A stretch of 64,000 nucleotides of DNA. Origin: Basidiobolus meristosporus CBS 931.73. Lineage: Eukaryota; Fungi; Basidiobolomycota. Shown here piece by piece: positions 24,221 to 37,506 of this stretch (position 1 is the stretch's first letter; every line of letters starts with the position of its first letter). Under the pieces are notes generated by a model. That model saw only the letters and a program-made list of their open reading frames with translations, was not told where the DNA came from and ran no database searches. Made by a program: the position numbers and the translations under genes. Where the stretch lies: NCBI GenBank assembly GCA_002104905.1, contig MCFE01000166.1:82378-146377 (forward strand), written 5' to 3'.

Positions 24221-24789
24221 CAGCAGTGATCTCACTAATCAATAAGTTGGAATATTGGAAGAGGGATGATTTATTTTAAGGGATAGCCTCCCTTATATAC
24301 TTTTTTGCTGCTCAAATTCTTGCTAGAAAATACTTTCCGGAAGTTTGCAGAAGGTAGTAGACAGCCAAACATGTTATTGAGTACTAAAAATAGCTCAAAT
24401 TCTTGGTGGATTGTTCCATGAGACATAGTAGCACCTAGCCAATCAGATAGAGGTAATATGAAACCTCTGTGTCATGTAGTTACCTCATATGGTAGTAGAA
24501 TAGGAGGGTTAAGAAACCAGGATGGTCACATGACATAAGCACTGCTGGGGGTACTTGCCTTATATGGTAAATTTCTTATCTTTGCATCTTGGCAAGGAAT
24601 AGGAATAGCTTGTGCAATGGGTTAATAGTGACTAATAGTTTGCCGGGTTGCATAGTAATAATCACATTGACAGATAGAAAATATTGCAATTTGGGATGAT
24701 ACTAATATGGGGAGGGTAATCCTTTTTAGGGAAGTGAACATATGGGAATGAGCACATCTGCCTGTGGGTGTCACTGTGACCCCACTACA
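24221..24789 (-). repeat. LTR family B fragment
   Basis: Aligns with 17770-18283; ends CCCCACTACA. Confidence 0.7.
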
Positions 24790-25101
24790 TTGGCTTAGTT
24801 ACTTAGATAATGATCTAAAAATCTCAGGGAATACTCACCAAATTCCTTGTTGGGATTTACTTAAAATATTTCCACCAAAATATCTAGTACCCAGAACATG
24901 AAAATTCTCAAAGTTATCCAAGCAGCACCAAACTTTGCACACATGCTCTTGGGCCCTTCCTAGGCCTGTTCTATGTGCTTGTTAAGCAAAGACCATGTAA
25001 AGTACAAATGCTACTCTTACATTCAATTTATCCTTAAGTGAGAACCACTTAGTCTACTTGTTCACCCAATCACTTCCAATAACTCCAAGATTCTTACAAC
25101 A
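24790..25101 (+). repeat. 5'-truncated solo LTR (family C, copia)
   Basis: Aligns with 25800-26111; ends TCTTACAACA. Confidence 0.75.
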
Positions 25102-25761
25102 CTTCTCACCACTGATGGTGAGTTCTGCTGCTTCAACAGCTCCTAATATAGCATCATTGTCCACAATGTGGTTGTAGACAAAGTTTCCTACTCCAGGCAT
25201 AACCACAGTGGTGTCCAGGAACTTTGGGCCTTTGATGGCTATGTCATCCACAAGGACAGTGCATTTTTCATGCATAAGCTGGTAGATCATATTCACTATG
25301 CTTCTCTGAGGTGGAGCCACAGAGTTTGTAGCCCCTTGGCTGAGTCTTGTCATCAATAACAGTCCAAATAGTGTCTGGAGTGCAAACATATCTATTGATG
25401 TCTCATCTAAGGTAATCTGGTCATATCCTGAGTGGAGATCATATATTGAGTAGATAGAGAGGCCACTAAGGCTTGCTGCAAATTCATCAATAGATGGAGG
25501 TATTGCAGCATCTTTGATAGTGACAGCATTTGCATGTTGCAAGTCTTGTATGAACGAAAGCTTTCCATTTATCTTTTTGGTCACAACCCATCTATTAGCA
25601 TGAGGTCTGTGACAAAACTATGGCACAGCAGCATCAGTCTTCTTCTAGGGTAGGTCATGCTCATTGACTTGGAGTGCTCTGGGCAGTGGATAAGGCTCAA
25701 ATGACCAGGGTGTGTGAGGCACTGTATGAATCTTGGTAGGTTTTTCAATCAACATCTTTAA
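25102..25761 (-). pseudogene. Gypsy RT fragment
   Basis: FIQDLQHAN, DLHSGYDQI, RLSQGATNS and VLVDD motifs in ORF 25054..25584. Confidence 0.8.
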
Positions 25762-26111
25762 TGTTGTAAGAATTTGTAATTCCACCTAAATATTCACCTA
25801 ACTTAGTCACTTAGATAATAACCTTCAAATCCTAGTGAATACTGACCAAATTCCTTGTTGGGATTTACTTAGAATATGCTCATTAAAATACCAGGTACCC
25901 TAAACATGAAATATCTCAAAGTTGTCCAAACAGCCCCAATCTTTGCACTCATGCTCTTAGGGCCTTCCTTAATCTATTCTACATGTGAGCTATGCCAAGG
26001 CCATATAAAAGTAAAAATACTACTTTTACATTCAATAAATCATTAAGTGAAAGCCACATAATCTACTTGTTCTCCCAAATCACTTCCAATATCTCCAAGA
26101 CTCTTACAACA
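25762..26111 (+). repeat. Copia 5' LTR (family C)
   Basis: Perfect 10-bp terminal inverted repeat TGTTGTAAGA...TCTTACAACA. Confidence 0.88.
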
Positions 26112-26123
26112 GGTTATGAGCCC
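26112..26123 (+). promoter_or_regulatory. Primer-binding site complementary to the initiator tRNA-Met anticodon arm (half-tRNA priming, Ty5/copia type)
   Basis: GGTTATGAGCCC directly after the LTR; complementary to GGGCTCATAACC. Confidence 0.8.
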
Positions 26124-29100
26124 CAAGCTGTCTCTCTCCGTAATGTCCACTGCTGCTATTACTGGAGTTTTTCCCTCTGCTGAAAAGCTTGATGGATCAA
26201 ACTACCAAGTGTGGAAGGTGAAGACAAAGATGCTGCTACAAGAAAGAGGCCTTTGGGATATCATTATTGGAGATGAATGCCCTCCTAAAAATGTGGGAGA
26301 TGAAGCCTTAAAGTACTAGAAGAAACAACAAAGTGCCTTTAACTGCAATATGCCTTAAAGTTAAAGACAAATTGCTAATTCAATGCTCAAGAGCAACACA
26401 GCAAAGAATGCCTGGAAGGCATTAGAAGGCACCTACTAGTCATGTTCAGCTGCTAAGAAAATGTATCTGAGACAAAAATTCTTTACTACAAAGATGCAGC
26501 CAGGAGAAGAAATGAAAAATCTAATTTACAGAATTACCCTGCTGGTAGATGAGATGGAATCTGTAGGCATACCAACTACCAATGAGGATGTGACAGTTAC
26601 CATCCAGAATAGCCTGACAGACAAGTCTTGGGGCCTTGTACTAGCCCTAGAGTCCAGAACTGAAGATTTGACATAGAGTACATTTATGCAAGGCTCCTGG
26701 ATGAAGAATTAAGAAAATCAAGCACCAATAAGAACAAAGAAGAAAATGCATTAATAAGCAATGATAACCAATAAAGGAGGTACCTAAGACCCTAAAAAGG
26801 CAACAGCAGCCTGTTTTGCAACTACTGCAAAAGGAAAGGACACACATCAGACCAGTGCCTCAAAAAGAGAGATAATTAGTAAAAGAATCCGGAATACGGA
26901 AATGCTGCAACAACTCAAGATAGACTATTCATATCTGCACTAAATATGATCACAAACAAGGATTCTAAGGTGTGGTATATTGACTCTGGAGCATCTCAAC
27001 ACTTCACATACCAAAAAGAACTTTTTACCCAATATCAAGAAATCCCAATTAACAAGGTTTTCATTGGTGATAATAGAGCACTTGATGCAGTGGGAGAAGG
27101 AACTAGCCAAGTAAACCTTAGAAGCAGTGAAGGAAGCCATACAATAACCTTTAAAGTAGTACTCTTTGTACCAGAAATAGCCTAGTACTAACTATCTATA
27201 TGCAAGACCACAGCAGAGGACTCAGTTTCAGCTTTGACAATTCTGGATGCAGGATCACTGATCAAATGGTGCCCATATTGCTCTGGGTATTCAAGATCAA
27301 AATCTATACAAGCTGACTTATATTTCATCATATCTGGAAGCCAATAAAAGTAACTTAAATGAAGAAACACCAATGATCAGCTAATTTCTGGAGTAAAAGT
27401 TGATCTCTCAGCTAGTTTGGAGCACTGTGAAGCCTGCATATATGGGAAACAAGCCAGACAACTGTTCAAGAGCTCTGGCTTAATCAAATCTAAGAAAAAA
27501 TTAGATCTAATTCATTCAGATCTGTGTGGACCTATGCAAAACTACCCCTAGGCAGGATGAGGTATTTAGTTACTTTTATTGATGATTATACAAGTTACAT
27601 TTGGGTATTCTTCATGGAGAGAAAGAAAGAAGCTCTGTCTAAGTTCAGGGAGCTCAAAGGTATAGTGGAGAGAGTAACTAGTGAAAAAATCAAGAAAATA
27701 TGCTCTGACAATGGTTGAGAATATACCTCAAAACTCTTCATCCACTTCTGCAAAATTCATGGGATAAAGCAAGATACTACTGTATCATACTCCCCACAGC
27801 AAAATGGAGTAGCAGAACAAGCTAACAGATTCATAATTGATATGGCAGGATCTGTGATTGATGATCAAAAATTATCCTATGATTTTAGGCAGAATCAGTG
27901 GCCACTGCTGTAAACCTTAAAAATAGTAGTTATAGCAGAATACTTGGTGATTTTACCCCATTTGAAGCATGGTATTGGTACAGACCAAGTGCAGAACATC
28001 TAAGAGTATTTGGGTGTACAGTATATGCCAAGAAACTGCCTAGAAATCAGTCAAAATTTGAGCCAAAAAATGTAAAATGCAATTTTTGGGCTACTGCAAT
28101 GAGAGTAAGGCCTACAGACTCTATAATACCAAAGCAAAGAAGCCGATCAAGTCCAGGCATGTTTTGTTTGATGAAAATTTGATCAAACAAAGATTTGGAG
28201 ATCTGCAATAACTGAGGAATATTTGCCATATTGAAAAATCAAATATGGGACTTGGTCAAGCTACTGATCAACCAAAAATCAATTGGATGCTGATGGGTCT
28301 TTGAGACAAAGCATAAGGCTGATGGTAGAATTGAAAGATACAAAGCAAGACTTGTGGCCAAAGAATACTCTCAAACAAAAGGACTTGACTATACTGAGAC
28401 CTTTGCATTGGTAGCCAAGTTTAATTCCATCAGATTAATATTGGCTATTGCAGCCAATATAAGTTTTTTAACTATAAATAGATGTAAAAACTACATTTTG
28501 AATGGAGAACTTGATGAGGATGTGTATATGGACAAGCCTGATGGGTTTACTGACCAAGATAACCCCCATTTATTCTGCAGGCTCAAAAAGTCTCTATATG
28601 GTCTTAAACAAATACCAAGATCCTGGAATTTCATGATGAATTCTTATTTGGAGTCTTTGAGTTTCAAAAGGAGTAAAGCTGACAATAGTATATACTATAA
28701 GCCAGATAGAGCTAATCCAGCTCTATTAGTTCCATATGAGGATGATCTTATTATAGCTGCCAATAGCCTAGCAACATTGGAAGTGACTAAATCCAGCCTA
28801 TCTAAGGAGTTCAAGATGTCCAATCTAGGAGAACTCAGTTACTACTTAGGGATTGAGCTATCCATAGACAGAAGTACCCACACTATTACCCTAAGCCAAT
28901 CCAAGTATATTGAAGATATATTAAAGAAGTACCAAATGGAAGACTCTAAACCAGCAGCTACCCCAATGGAGACAAACCTTAACTTGGTCAAAACTCAACC
29001 AAATCAAGAGAGCTTGGTGCCATGTGAAAGTCCTGAATTTCCTTATCAATCAACAGTTGGCAGTCTGATGTATATCATGCTTGGAACACATCCAGATATC

Positions 29101-29831
29101 TCATATTCAGTAGGAGTTGTCAGCCAACATAATCAGAACTATGGGTCTGATCATATTGCAGCAGTTAAGCAGATTTTTAGATACCTAAAAGGAACTGCTG
29201 ATATCTGCTTAAGATACACTTATAAGGATTCAGAACAGGATCTTGTGGGATACTCTGATGCTGATTAGGGACAAAACTTGGAAGACATAAGATCCTTCAC
29301 AGGATACACCTTTCTTTACTGTAAAGGAGCAATTTCATGGAACTCAAGAAAGCAACTAATTGTAGCACTTTCTACCACAGAGGCAGAGTATATGGCAGCC
29401 TGTGAAGCTACAAAAAAAGCAATGTGGTTAAGAAAACTTTTTACAGATTTAGGCCTATGTCAAAAAACGCCTATTACTTTATTTTAAGATAATCAAGGAT
29501 GTATACAATTAGGAAGAAATCCAGCTTTTCATGCTAGAGCTAAACACATAGAGATTAGACATCTTTGCATATATGAAGCTATAGAGAATAACTTAGTTAG
29601 CTTAGTTTACTGTCCTACAGATGAAATGATTGCAGACATATTTACCAAACCATTAGCTAGAGGCAAGTCTGAGTGTCTTAGGTCAAAATTAGGACTAGTC
29701 AGTATGAACATCTAGCTGAGTGGGACTATTCTAAAAATTTGCAATTCCATCTAAATATTCAATTAACTTGGTCACTTGGATCATTATCTTCATATTCTAG
29801 AGAATACTGACCAAGTTCCTTGTTGGGACTT

Positions 29832-30451
29832 ACAAACACTGTCTGACATTGAGGGTAACACCATCTGGCTCAGTGGGCCATTTGCTGGGAGTAGGCATGG
29901 CAAAGCACTCTGGGTAGAGAATCATCCAGAATTCAGTATAGGGTACAAATATACAGCAAACTTAGCTTATATAAGAGAGTGTTGTCAGGGATTACAATGT
30001 ATTACAGCTTATAGGAGGCCAAGGAATGGGGTGCTTAGCAGAAAGCAGAAGCTATAGAGTGCAATTTTTAATCATTTCAGAGTGGGAGTAGAGTTTTTTG
30101 GATATTTAACAAGATTCAGCATATTGGCAGGCAAATACAGACAAAAGCCATGTATAGGAGAAAACAGCAGGGTGGGTAAAATAGTCAACCTACATATCAA
30201 GGCACAGTGTTATTCTTACAAGAAGGCATCCATTGAAATATATGTGTCTCAAGCATTTTGAAGAGTGAATAAAGCAGGAAAAGCACTACTCTGAGCAATC
30301 TAAGCAAGATTGAGTGAAATTACCAGTAACTGTATTCTACCACTGGCATTGTGGTAGAAAGTATGGTGCCAGATAGTGTCATAGGGTGCCAGATTAAGCT
30401 GGCACTATAAACAGTCTGACATTATATGGCGCTATCCAACAGAACTAGTCT
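29832..30451 (+). mobile_element. Diverged PHIS fragment (transposase C-half and one TIR), inverted relative to copies 1 and 2
   Basis: LSDIEGNTIWLSGPFAGSRH; terminus reverse complement AGACTAGTTCTGTTGGATAGCGCC; outer flank ATT. Confidence 0.8.
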
Positions 30452-30479
30452 ATTACATCCTGTTGCATATGACTCATTG

Positions 30480-32232
30480 ACACATATAAGCCACTAAGAA
30501 TATTGCAAAGCCATCCAGTGTCCAACCAAACCCCATTACAGATAGCTGCAGAAGAAGAATTGGACAAAAGCTTGCCATAACGTTCAGTGCAACAGGCAAG
30601 GCAACATCTCAAATAGGCCATGTTAGCAGTGTGCTCATTGATGGTTATAATGCAGACTCTGTAGGCTATTAGTTATATTGGTAAATGAGAATCACTGAAG
30701 GATTGCAGGCTTTTCATAATGCTCTGAAGATGAGAAAGTAGCAAGTGTAGTAACTCTAGTGGATGACTGGTAAGTGACTGTCATTACATTGCCACTACAT
30801 GAATATGCAAGTCTGCTGTCAGCTCACACCAATGCATTGGTGAGGCAATTATGTGCAGTGACTAATAGGATAGATGCAGTGACCCAGAGAGATCAGGGGA
30901 CAGTTCAAAGGCAGGATTAGTGGGCAACACCTGGATAGTACTTAATATCCCAGGTAGAGAATGGAGCATCTTTTGCTGCTAAGTAAGATCTCAAGTTGTA
31001 CAATGTCACAGGCCAGGATTGAGCCATATCCAATGTAACAGCAGAGGAACACTGTACAGTATTTGAAGCACAGTATCAGTACTCAATGCTAAAGCCCACA
31101 GAATAATTTATCACAGCATGGGAGGGAGAAACTGTGATATCTATATATCAAAGCCTACAGAAAACCCCATTGCAGCATGGGAAGGAGAAACTGTGATTCA
31201 TATATAGCAAAGTCCAAAAATTAAAATCAATTGAAGATCTATGAAGCTGTGAAATGCAATGAGGACAAGTGGGCTAATATTCAAGTGACTGTGAGAAGTC
31301 TAATGCACCATCACCCAAAGACCAGCACACCATGGTGCTATCAGGAACTAAAGGCCAAACAGAATGAGCTTGACCCATTACATGTGCATTTTCCTGGACT
31401 CAAGCACATAAGCCAACTTTGGGCTAGCATTGCTATGTTAAGTAGATATCCAAATAGCAGTAGAAACTACTGAGGACAGAAGAGCAAGGGTGCCATGGCT
31501 AAAAATTGGTGGCATTGTTAAGAGTCTGTCACAAGCAAGGCTCAAGGCACTGCACTAGCAGGGAAGAAACATCACATAGATGGTGGAGCACCTAGGAGGG
31601 ACATGTAGGCAGCAGCCAATGCACCTAGCATTTATCAAGGAAAAATGTAGTACAATTCAAGAAGCACTGAGTCAAAGTAGCAGTGAGGGACCTAGCAGTG
31701 ATCAATGCAAAGGGAAAGGGAAAAGCAAAGAATTCTACCAAAGCCGGAGATGGAGAAGTGTGAGAAAAATGCTGCAACTCTCACCATTCAATGCAGTTAA
31801 CCCAGAGCAGTCAAATCCCATAATAGTCAAGAAGAACAATTACCAGACAACAGCTACTCCCACTAATGCTTGAAGTGCAGCCAGCTGAGCTGCACTCTAG
31901 TGAGGTAGATGTGTTTGCAGAGAAAGGCAATTTGTCTACCACAGCATCCATGTCCCCACTGTAGACAGAGTGGAGATCCCACTGACAGGCATTGCAACAG
32001 TGTTAAGAAATCAGAGGACTATTGTAATTCCTACATTGGAGTATTGGAACAGTGATAGGTGTAGCAGGAGGTTGCAATGCTTCTTCAAAAGCAGCGCTCA
32101 ATAAAATGCACTTGAATATAGCAAGTGGTTATTGCAAAGACTGGCAGATGAGGTGCTAGATCTAGCAGTGCATGCTGATTTAACTCTTGTGATGGCCTTT
32201 TCACAGGATAATAACAATTATCTCCCATAGGG
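30480..32232. mobile_element. CACTA/CMC relic, copy d, with CCCTA terminus
   Basis: ORF2-relic similarity to 5250-6250 and 10440-10760; ends CATAGGG (reverse complement CCCTATG) at 32232. Confidence 0.62.
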
Positions 32233-33901
32233 AATACATTCCTATATACTTAATCTCAAGATAAATCTGAGTCTAAGCCTGGCCAATATTGCAATGAGTT
32301 ATAGATATAGTAAGTGTAATTGAAAGAAGTGATTACACAGCTTCCTATTGATGAGTTGATAAGTTCATAAGCTTGGCATTGTGTCCAAATTCATTGACTG
32401 CATTTATTCTGAATATTTCCATCAAAACACAGGTACTAAAAAGATGATTGGTTTCATTCTTGGCCAGAAACCCTCAGGCTCTACATGTAGGTTTTATGGC
32501 CTCTCAAAGCATACTGCATCTATCCATCCTACAACACCCATGTAAAAGTTCAAAGCCACTTGTGCATTGAACAGATCACCAATTTGAGGTCACAGAACAT
32601 ACTTTTCCCATCAACTTACAGTATTCCAGAATCCAGTTATGCAAAAGGACATACACATTTTGGGGGTGTCCTCATATGAAAAAAGGCATTACCTATACTT
32701 GGAGTATAATGCCAGCTTTGCAAAGGGATTGAACCAATGAGAGCTGTGTGCCTGAGCAGTATATTACTGACATTAGAACAGATTAATTTAGATGATAGCT
32801 GAAGGTGAAGAAGCCAGGTAGCCATATACACTTATTGAGAGATGCTGAATACCTGATACAAAGCCAGACAGTTGTCCATACAATCTATTATTAGTCATGT
32901 GCATGTCAACATAAGTCCTATGGTATAGACAGGATATGAATATTGAAATGAAGGGAAAATTGGCTTGCTTTTACTCAGGCATGAGTCTGACAATAAATTC
33001 AAAGTGAGATAAGGAGTATGTACTATTGTAGACCAATGGAAGATATGTAGCTACCTACAGGAGGTGTTAATCAAAGGCTTTTGTCTTCCAAAAGCCAGCT
33101 TACTATACAACAGAATTGCTTTCTATTAGATACAGCTGATCACTTTGGAGAACCAGGTTCCCAGGAATAGCAGTCCGATATGAGATTACCTTCCTAGGTA
33201 TATATGTGATATATTACCCAGAAGAAAGTCCAGCCCAGATTTTGGAATGGCCAATATGCATTTCCATTATCTCTACTTCAGTACTGAATTGGCAGATTCA
33301 GATTTGGCCCTTTTCTGGCCCACCACTAAAGCCTTTACGTGCAGTCTGTTTACTTTCCACATAAGCAGTGCCTTGGTGTAGATATCTCCCCTGCTCAACC
33401 ATTGAGTCCTCTACTGAATAGTATCTCGCAACTGCTCCGACAATTCTCTCGCGAATAGCTGGCCAAAATCCATCCGGGATTTCTTCACCGCGAAAAACAT
33501 GAGCGATCCTTAGCCCTAGAAATACCCTGCGTAGCCCTGCAAAACTACAGAATCTCTTGTGACACAAGGCTTAAATTTCCCTATTGACATAGGCTTACGT
33601 TACCCAGTAGATCGGTTGATGTTATTTAACAACCGCGCCATTTACCTGACAAATAGCCATGAAATCGGGAGAAAGCAGCTGAAGCACCATGCAGACATGA
33701 AATCAAATGCATGCGCACTGGATTGGCCTGGTTTGACGGTGATTGGGTGAGGCAAGCAAGGTTTCAATGGGAATCGGATCAAGTTCAATCTAAGTGGCAC
33801 AACCGTAATGAACCTGAATTGTCATGGTGTGTCATGATGCCGCACAATCACTCATCCGACCTATATAAGTGGACAGCCCTGCGAAGTGTTGCTAGAACAA
33901 C

Positions 33902-35091
33902 ATGAGTTCAACGATCTACCATTCGAATGAATATGCACCCCACGCGCAATATCGAGTTCTCCAGGGATCCTCGGTAACCAAGCGCGTCAGCGGTGAACCC
34001 ATACCACTGACTCGTCCACAGGCCTACCTAAGTAAGTGACCGGTCCCGAGCCCTGCCCCAATAGCAGTCCTGACTGATTTAACTTGATTAGACAATTTTC
34101 TGTCTGGAGCCCTAGCTCTGGCCACTTCTTTCGCAGTCATGCACCCGTTGGATACACTCAAAACCCGTATGCAGGCTTCTGGTAGCTCTGGATTCAAGCT
34201 GAATTCAATGCTGACTCGGGAAACCCTGCGAGCACTTAGCAAGGGATTTGTCGCCAGTGTGGCCGGCGCTGGACCCCAGGTATGGATGCACGTGAGCGGT
34301 CGGGAATCAGCAAACGACTAACCTATTTCTGTCGGAATTGCCAGGGAGGAGCACGACTCGCTACTTACGAGCTCACCAAATCTTTCCTTCTTCACACTCC
34401 GTCTTCTTCCACGAGATCCCACCCAACTCCCCTGTGGATTCCCACCCTTTCGCCGATACCCGCGTCAGCCATCTCCGCGATTATTGGGGACTTGGCCTCG
34501 TCGGTGATCAAGGTTCCCAGAGAGGTGATCACTGCGCGCCTTCAGACCGACCATTATGGGGGCCAAGGGGCGACGTTCGCCATCCGCCAGATCGTCGGCA
34601 CAGAAGGGATTTCGGGACTTTTCCGTGGGTTCTGGAGTACGACCGCTCGTGACGCCCCCTTTATGGTCATCCTCTTCACCACCTACGAGAAGTTCAAGGC
34701 GTATCATCACGAGACCACGATACGGGCGAACAAGGCGATTGACGAGATGTGGGTTCCGGTGGAGCCCAGGATCCCCACTTTCAAATCCACTCTCTACGGC
34801 GGGATCTCAGGGGCGCTGGCCGGCTACTTGACTACCCCGTTCGACGTGATCAAAACCAAGATCATGACCCAGAAACTGGTCCACGCTTCCTCTTCGATGG
34901 CTGATCACACAAAGTCGATATGCCGTCAAGCAGTTCATACCAACGAGTCGGCACTCCGCAATTCCATCCGGATTTATCAAGCGTTCTTCGTGGGCTCTGT
35001 TCCTCGAAGCTCGTGGTGGTTCTGCGTTTGCAGCATGTTCTTCCCTATATACGAAACGACGAAGGAGTACCTGTCGGTAGAACACCGCTAG
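33902..35091 (+). CDS. Mitochondrial carrier (SLC25) protein, SAM-carrier-like; 3 exons (33902-34031, 34092-34279, 34345-35091)
   Basis: Three carrier signatures (PLDTLKTRMQ, PREVITARLQ, PFDVIKTKIM); GT-AG introns restore the frame. Confidence 0.88.
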
Positions 35092-35501
35092 AATTCCCAT
35101 CCTCTCAGTATCCATGTAGAAATAGCCAACCAATTGTCACGATGTAAAAATAGACATTTCTTAATTCAATTAAAGTATTCTACGGAACCTCATCCTAGCT
35201 GGCAATGTAGCCGGAGTCTTTCTAAGGTTGGGGGCATGGGCTCTTGTAGTAAGAGACCATAAAGCACCCATTTGCACCTCTGGCGTGCTTGCGATGGGGA
35301 TACGATCAGAGATTTCGATCGCGCCATGCATGTGTACACGTAGTTAGGGCCCTTAAGATGCACAATTAGGTAAGCCACTTCATCCGAGTTTGATGGATGG
35401 TGACTAACTCTGGACATTTAATCATGTTTAACATAAATTGTTAATCAACCAGAAATCGGTTATATAACATACGAGACATCAGTCCACACTCTGACTTGAC
35501 T

Positions 35502-36135
35502 ATGACGATAATGACTTCTACCTCACGTATGGACACGGACAGTATATTACGGCCAAAGCTAAAAGGAATCTTGAAAAGGCCGAGCTTCAGCACGAAAGCG
35601 AACAAGTACGTTGGCTTGCTCTCTAACAAGGGAAAGTGTTTGGCCACTAACCAAGGTTGATTAGGGGTCGGCTAAAATGGGACGAGCGCAATCTGCAGTT
35701 GTTGGAGTCGCCCAAGAAGTCCAAGGATTTCAAGGAGGCGAAGACCCCTTACGTTTACTACGATTCCGTGAATGATGTCGTGTTGAAAGGTAAGCAACTC
35801 CTTGCATGAGGCGTGGATATCGCGTATCAGCTAGATATTTACAAGGCTTCGATAGAGGGTGTTTCAAAGTCCCCGCCTGTTAGATCCGGAGCCCGGTCTA
35901 AGGGCGTTACCTTCACCTCCTCAGCCGACTTCGAAATGAGCATAGAGAGTAAGTACCAGGGGTTTGTTTGGTGAGGTTGTGCTCTGCTAACAAGTGTCAA
36001 CTGTATTCTGATTCTGAAGAGACCAGCTCCTCCACTGAACTCGCTACCTCGCATATTCTATTAGGCGAGGAAGACTCCGAGATGCAAGACATATATCCAT
36101 TGAATGAGGACGAGATCAAACCCATGGATGTTTGA
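35502..36135 (+). CDS. Protein phosphatase 1 inhibitor-2-like (IPP-2/Glc8 family); 4 exons (35502-35605, 35665-35789, 35835-35948, 36020-36135)
   Basis: Hand-spliced protein has KGILK, LKWDERNL and EAKTPY motifs; absent from the ORF track because of introns. Confidence 0.65.
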
Positions 36136-36906
36136 GCTCGGTTGTACCCGAAACCATTTCCTCTTTACCCAGCGTTGGTCCGCCCTTCTGAACGCGGGAT
36201 TTCTTTTCCAACGGCTCACCTTGGGCAACGGTTTTCATTTTATGTAAAAAGTAGGTATTTCAGCACATTTTGGGATTCACAGAGTTCTCAAGCGATCTCA
36301 GTCGCCTTTTATATCAAACATACTTGAAGTGTGGTCGGTTGGCAATCCACTGGAGAACAGAAGGCTGGGTGGATCAGTGTTCAATCCAGAATTTCAATGG
36401 CACCGTTTGGGACACTATTTAATCTAGACTGTCCTTTTTGCCTCTTTTAGCTATATGGGACAGCTTTTCCAGATGCCCACTAATACGCTTGATCACACTC
36501 GATCATGACGACGGGTGTTGGTGCCGAACATACATACACTCTGTACGCCACTGCCACTGCCCCTGTCACCACCACGGCCTCTACTCTTTTCTTACCCATC
36601 ATGTGGGTCTCAATAAACACTTCATCTCGCACTCGTGATGCAGCCGCACGCCAATCATCTCATCCATCAACCCCCTTGCATCTGATCCATGTTGAAGCGG
36701 ATTTATTAATTTATGAAGTGAGGTTATCAGTTTAATACCCATGTTCTACGTCTGGGGAATTAGATACGTTATTGACGAAGAGTGAGGAGGATTTGATTTA
36801 CAAGATACAAATGAAGATGGTAGCTCTAATGTGCCCGATTTATAAAATAGGATGCGGCGTGGTGTCTAAGTGTACCAAGGGGATCGCCCCTTCGGAATGG
36901 CCAAGC

Positions 36907-37506
36907 TTACCAAGGGAATGGCTTATTCTGGATGGTGCTGCTGATGGGGGCCGAAAAGATGGACTGATACTTCTCTCGTGGCTGCCTGGCTATGCTGTTG
37001 GGAAGGATGTTCTCATTGTGGACGAAGCAGCAGCGTTTGCCATATGGACAGGCCCCGCTCTCCCAAAAAGTGCGGCACATCTGCGTTTTGTACTTGGGAT
37101 GCTTCGGGACTTGACGCAACTCATGGGACCCATGGGCAAATTGGCACTTCAACCCGTACCGACACTCACCCTTCTCCTCGTACGATCTACAAAACTCCGT
37201 CTTGTACAGCAACAGGTTCTTGATGTTCACGTTTGCTCCTGGGCTGGGGCTAGACATGGTAGGGCTGTGTGTCGGCTCTTGGTACTCCAAGGGGAATGAC
37301 CCAACGCTGCTAAGGCTTGAGAGCGTGGAGCTGGAAGAGTTCGTTCTCGAATGGGTAAACATCGGACCCTCACCGGTGTACCGCCGCATGCTCCAGCTCG
37401 GCGGACTGACCTGCCCTGAGGGGAACGGGTCTACACCGAACAAGGAGTAGGTGTTGTCTTCTTTGGGGCGTCCGAACATGATTTCTGAATTAAACCCGGT
37501 GCGCAT
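36907..37506 (-). CDS. Tandem CCCH zinc-finger RNA-binding protein (ZFP36/TIS11/Cth family); terminal exons uncertain
   Basis: YKTEFC-x8-C-x5-C-x3-H and YKTQMC-x8-C-x5-C-x3-H with 18-residue spacing. Confidence 0.88.
   Translation of the reverse strand: MRTGFNSEIMFGRPKEDNTYSLFGVDPFPSGQVSPPSWSMRRYTGEGPMFTHSRTNSSSSTLSSLSSVGSFPLEYQEPTHSPTMSSPSPGANVNIKNLLLYKTEFCRSYEEKGECRYGLKCQFAHGSHELRQVPKHPKYKTQMCRTFWESGACPYGKRCCFVHNENILPNSIARQPREKYQSIFSAPISSTIQNKPFPW

Larger units (their letters stand above)
25762..29831 (+). mobile_element. Degenerate Ty1/copia retrotransposon
   Basis: 350-bp 5' LTR, PBS, gag (KLDGSNYQVWK), protease (WYIDSGASQH), integrase, RT (LYGLKQ, YLGIE), RNase H (GYSDAD, STTEAEY) in copia order; 3' LTR from about 29727 truncated by a PHIS fragment; multiple stops and frameshifts. 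Confidence 0.93.

Noticed and set aside
32233-33567. CpG-poor segment and 89-aa ORF 33298..33567 at the compartment border
   Set aside because: Probably a TE relic plus a possible gene fragment, but no motif could be assigned with confidence.
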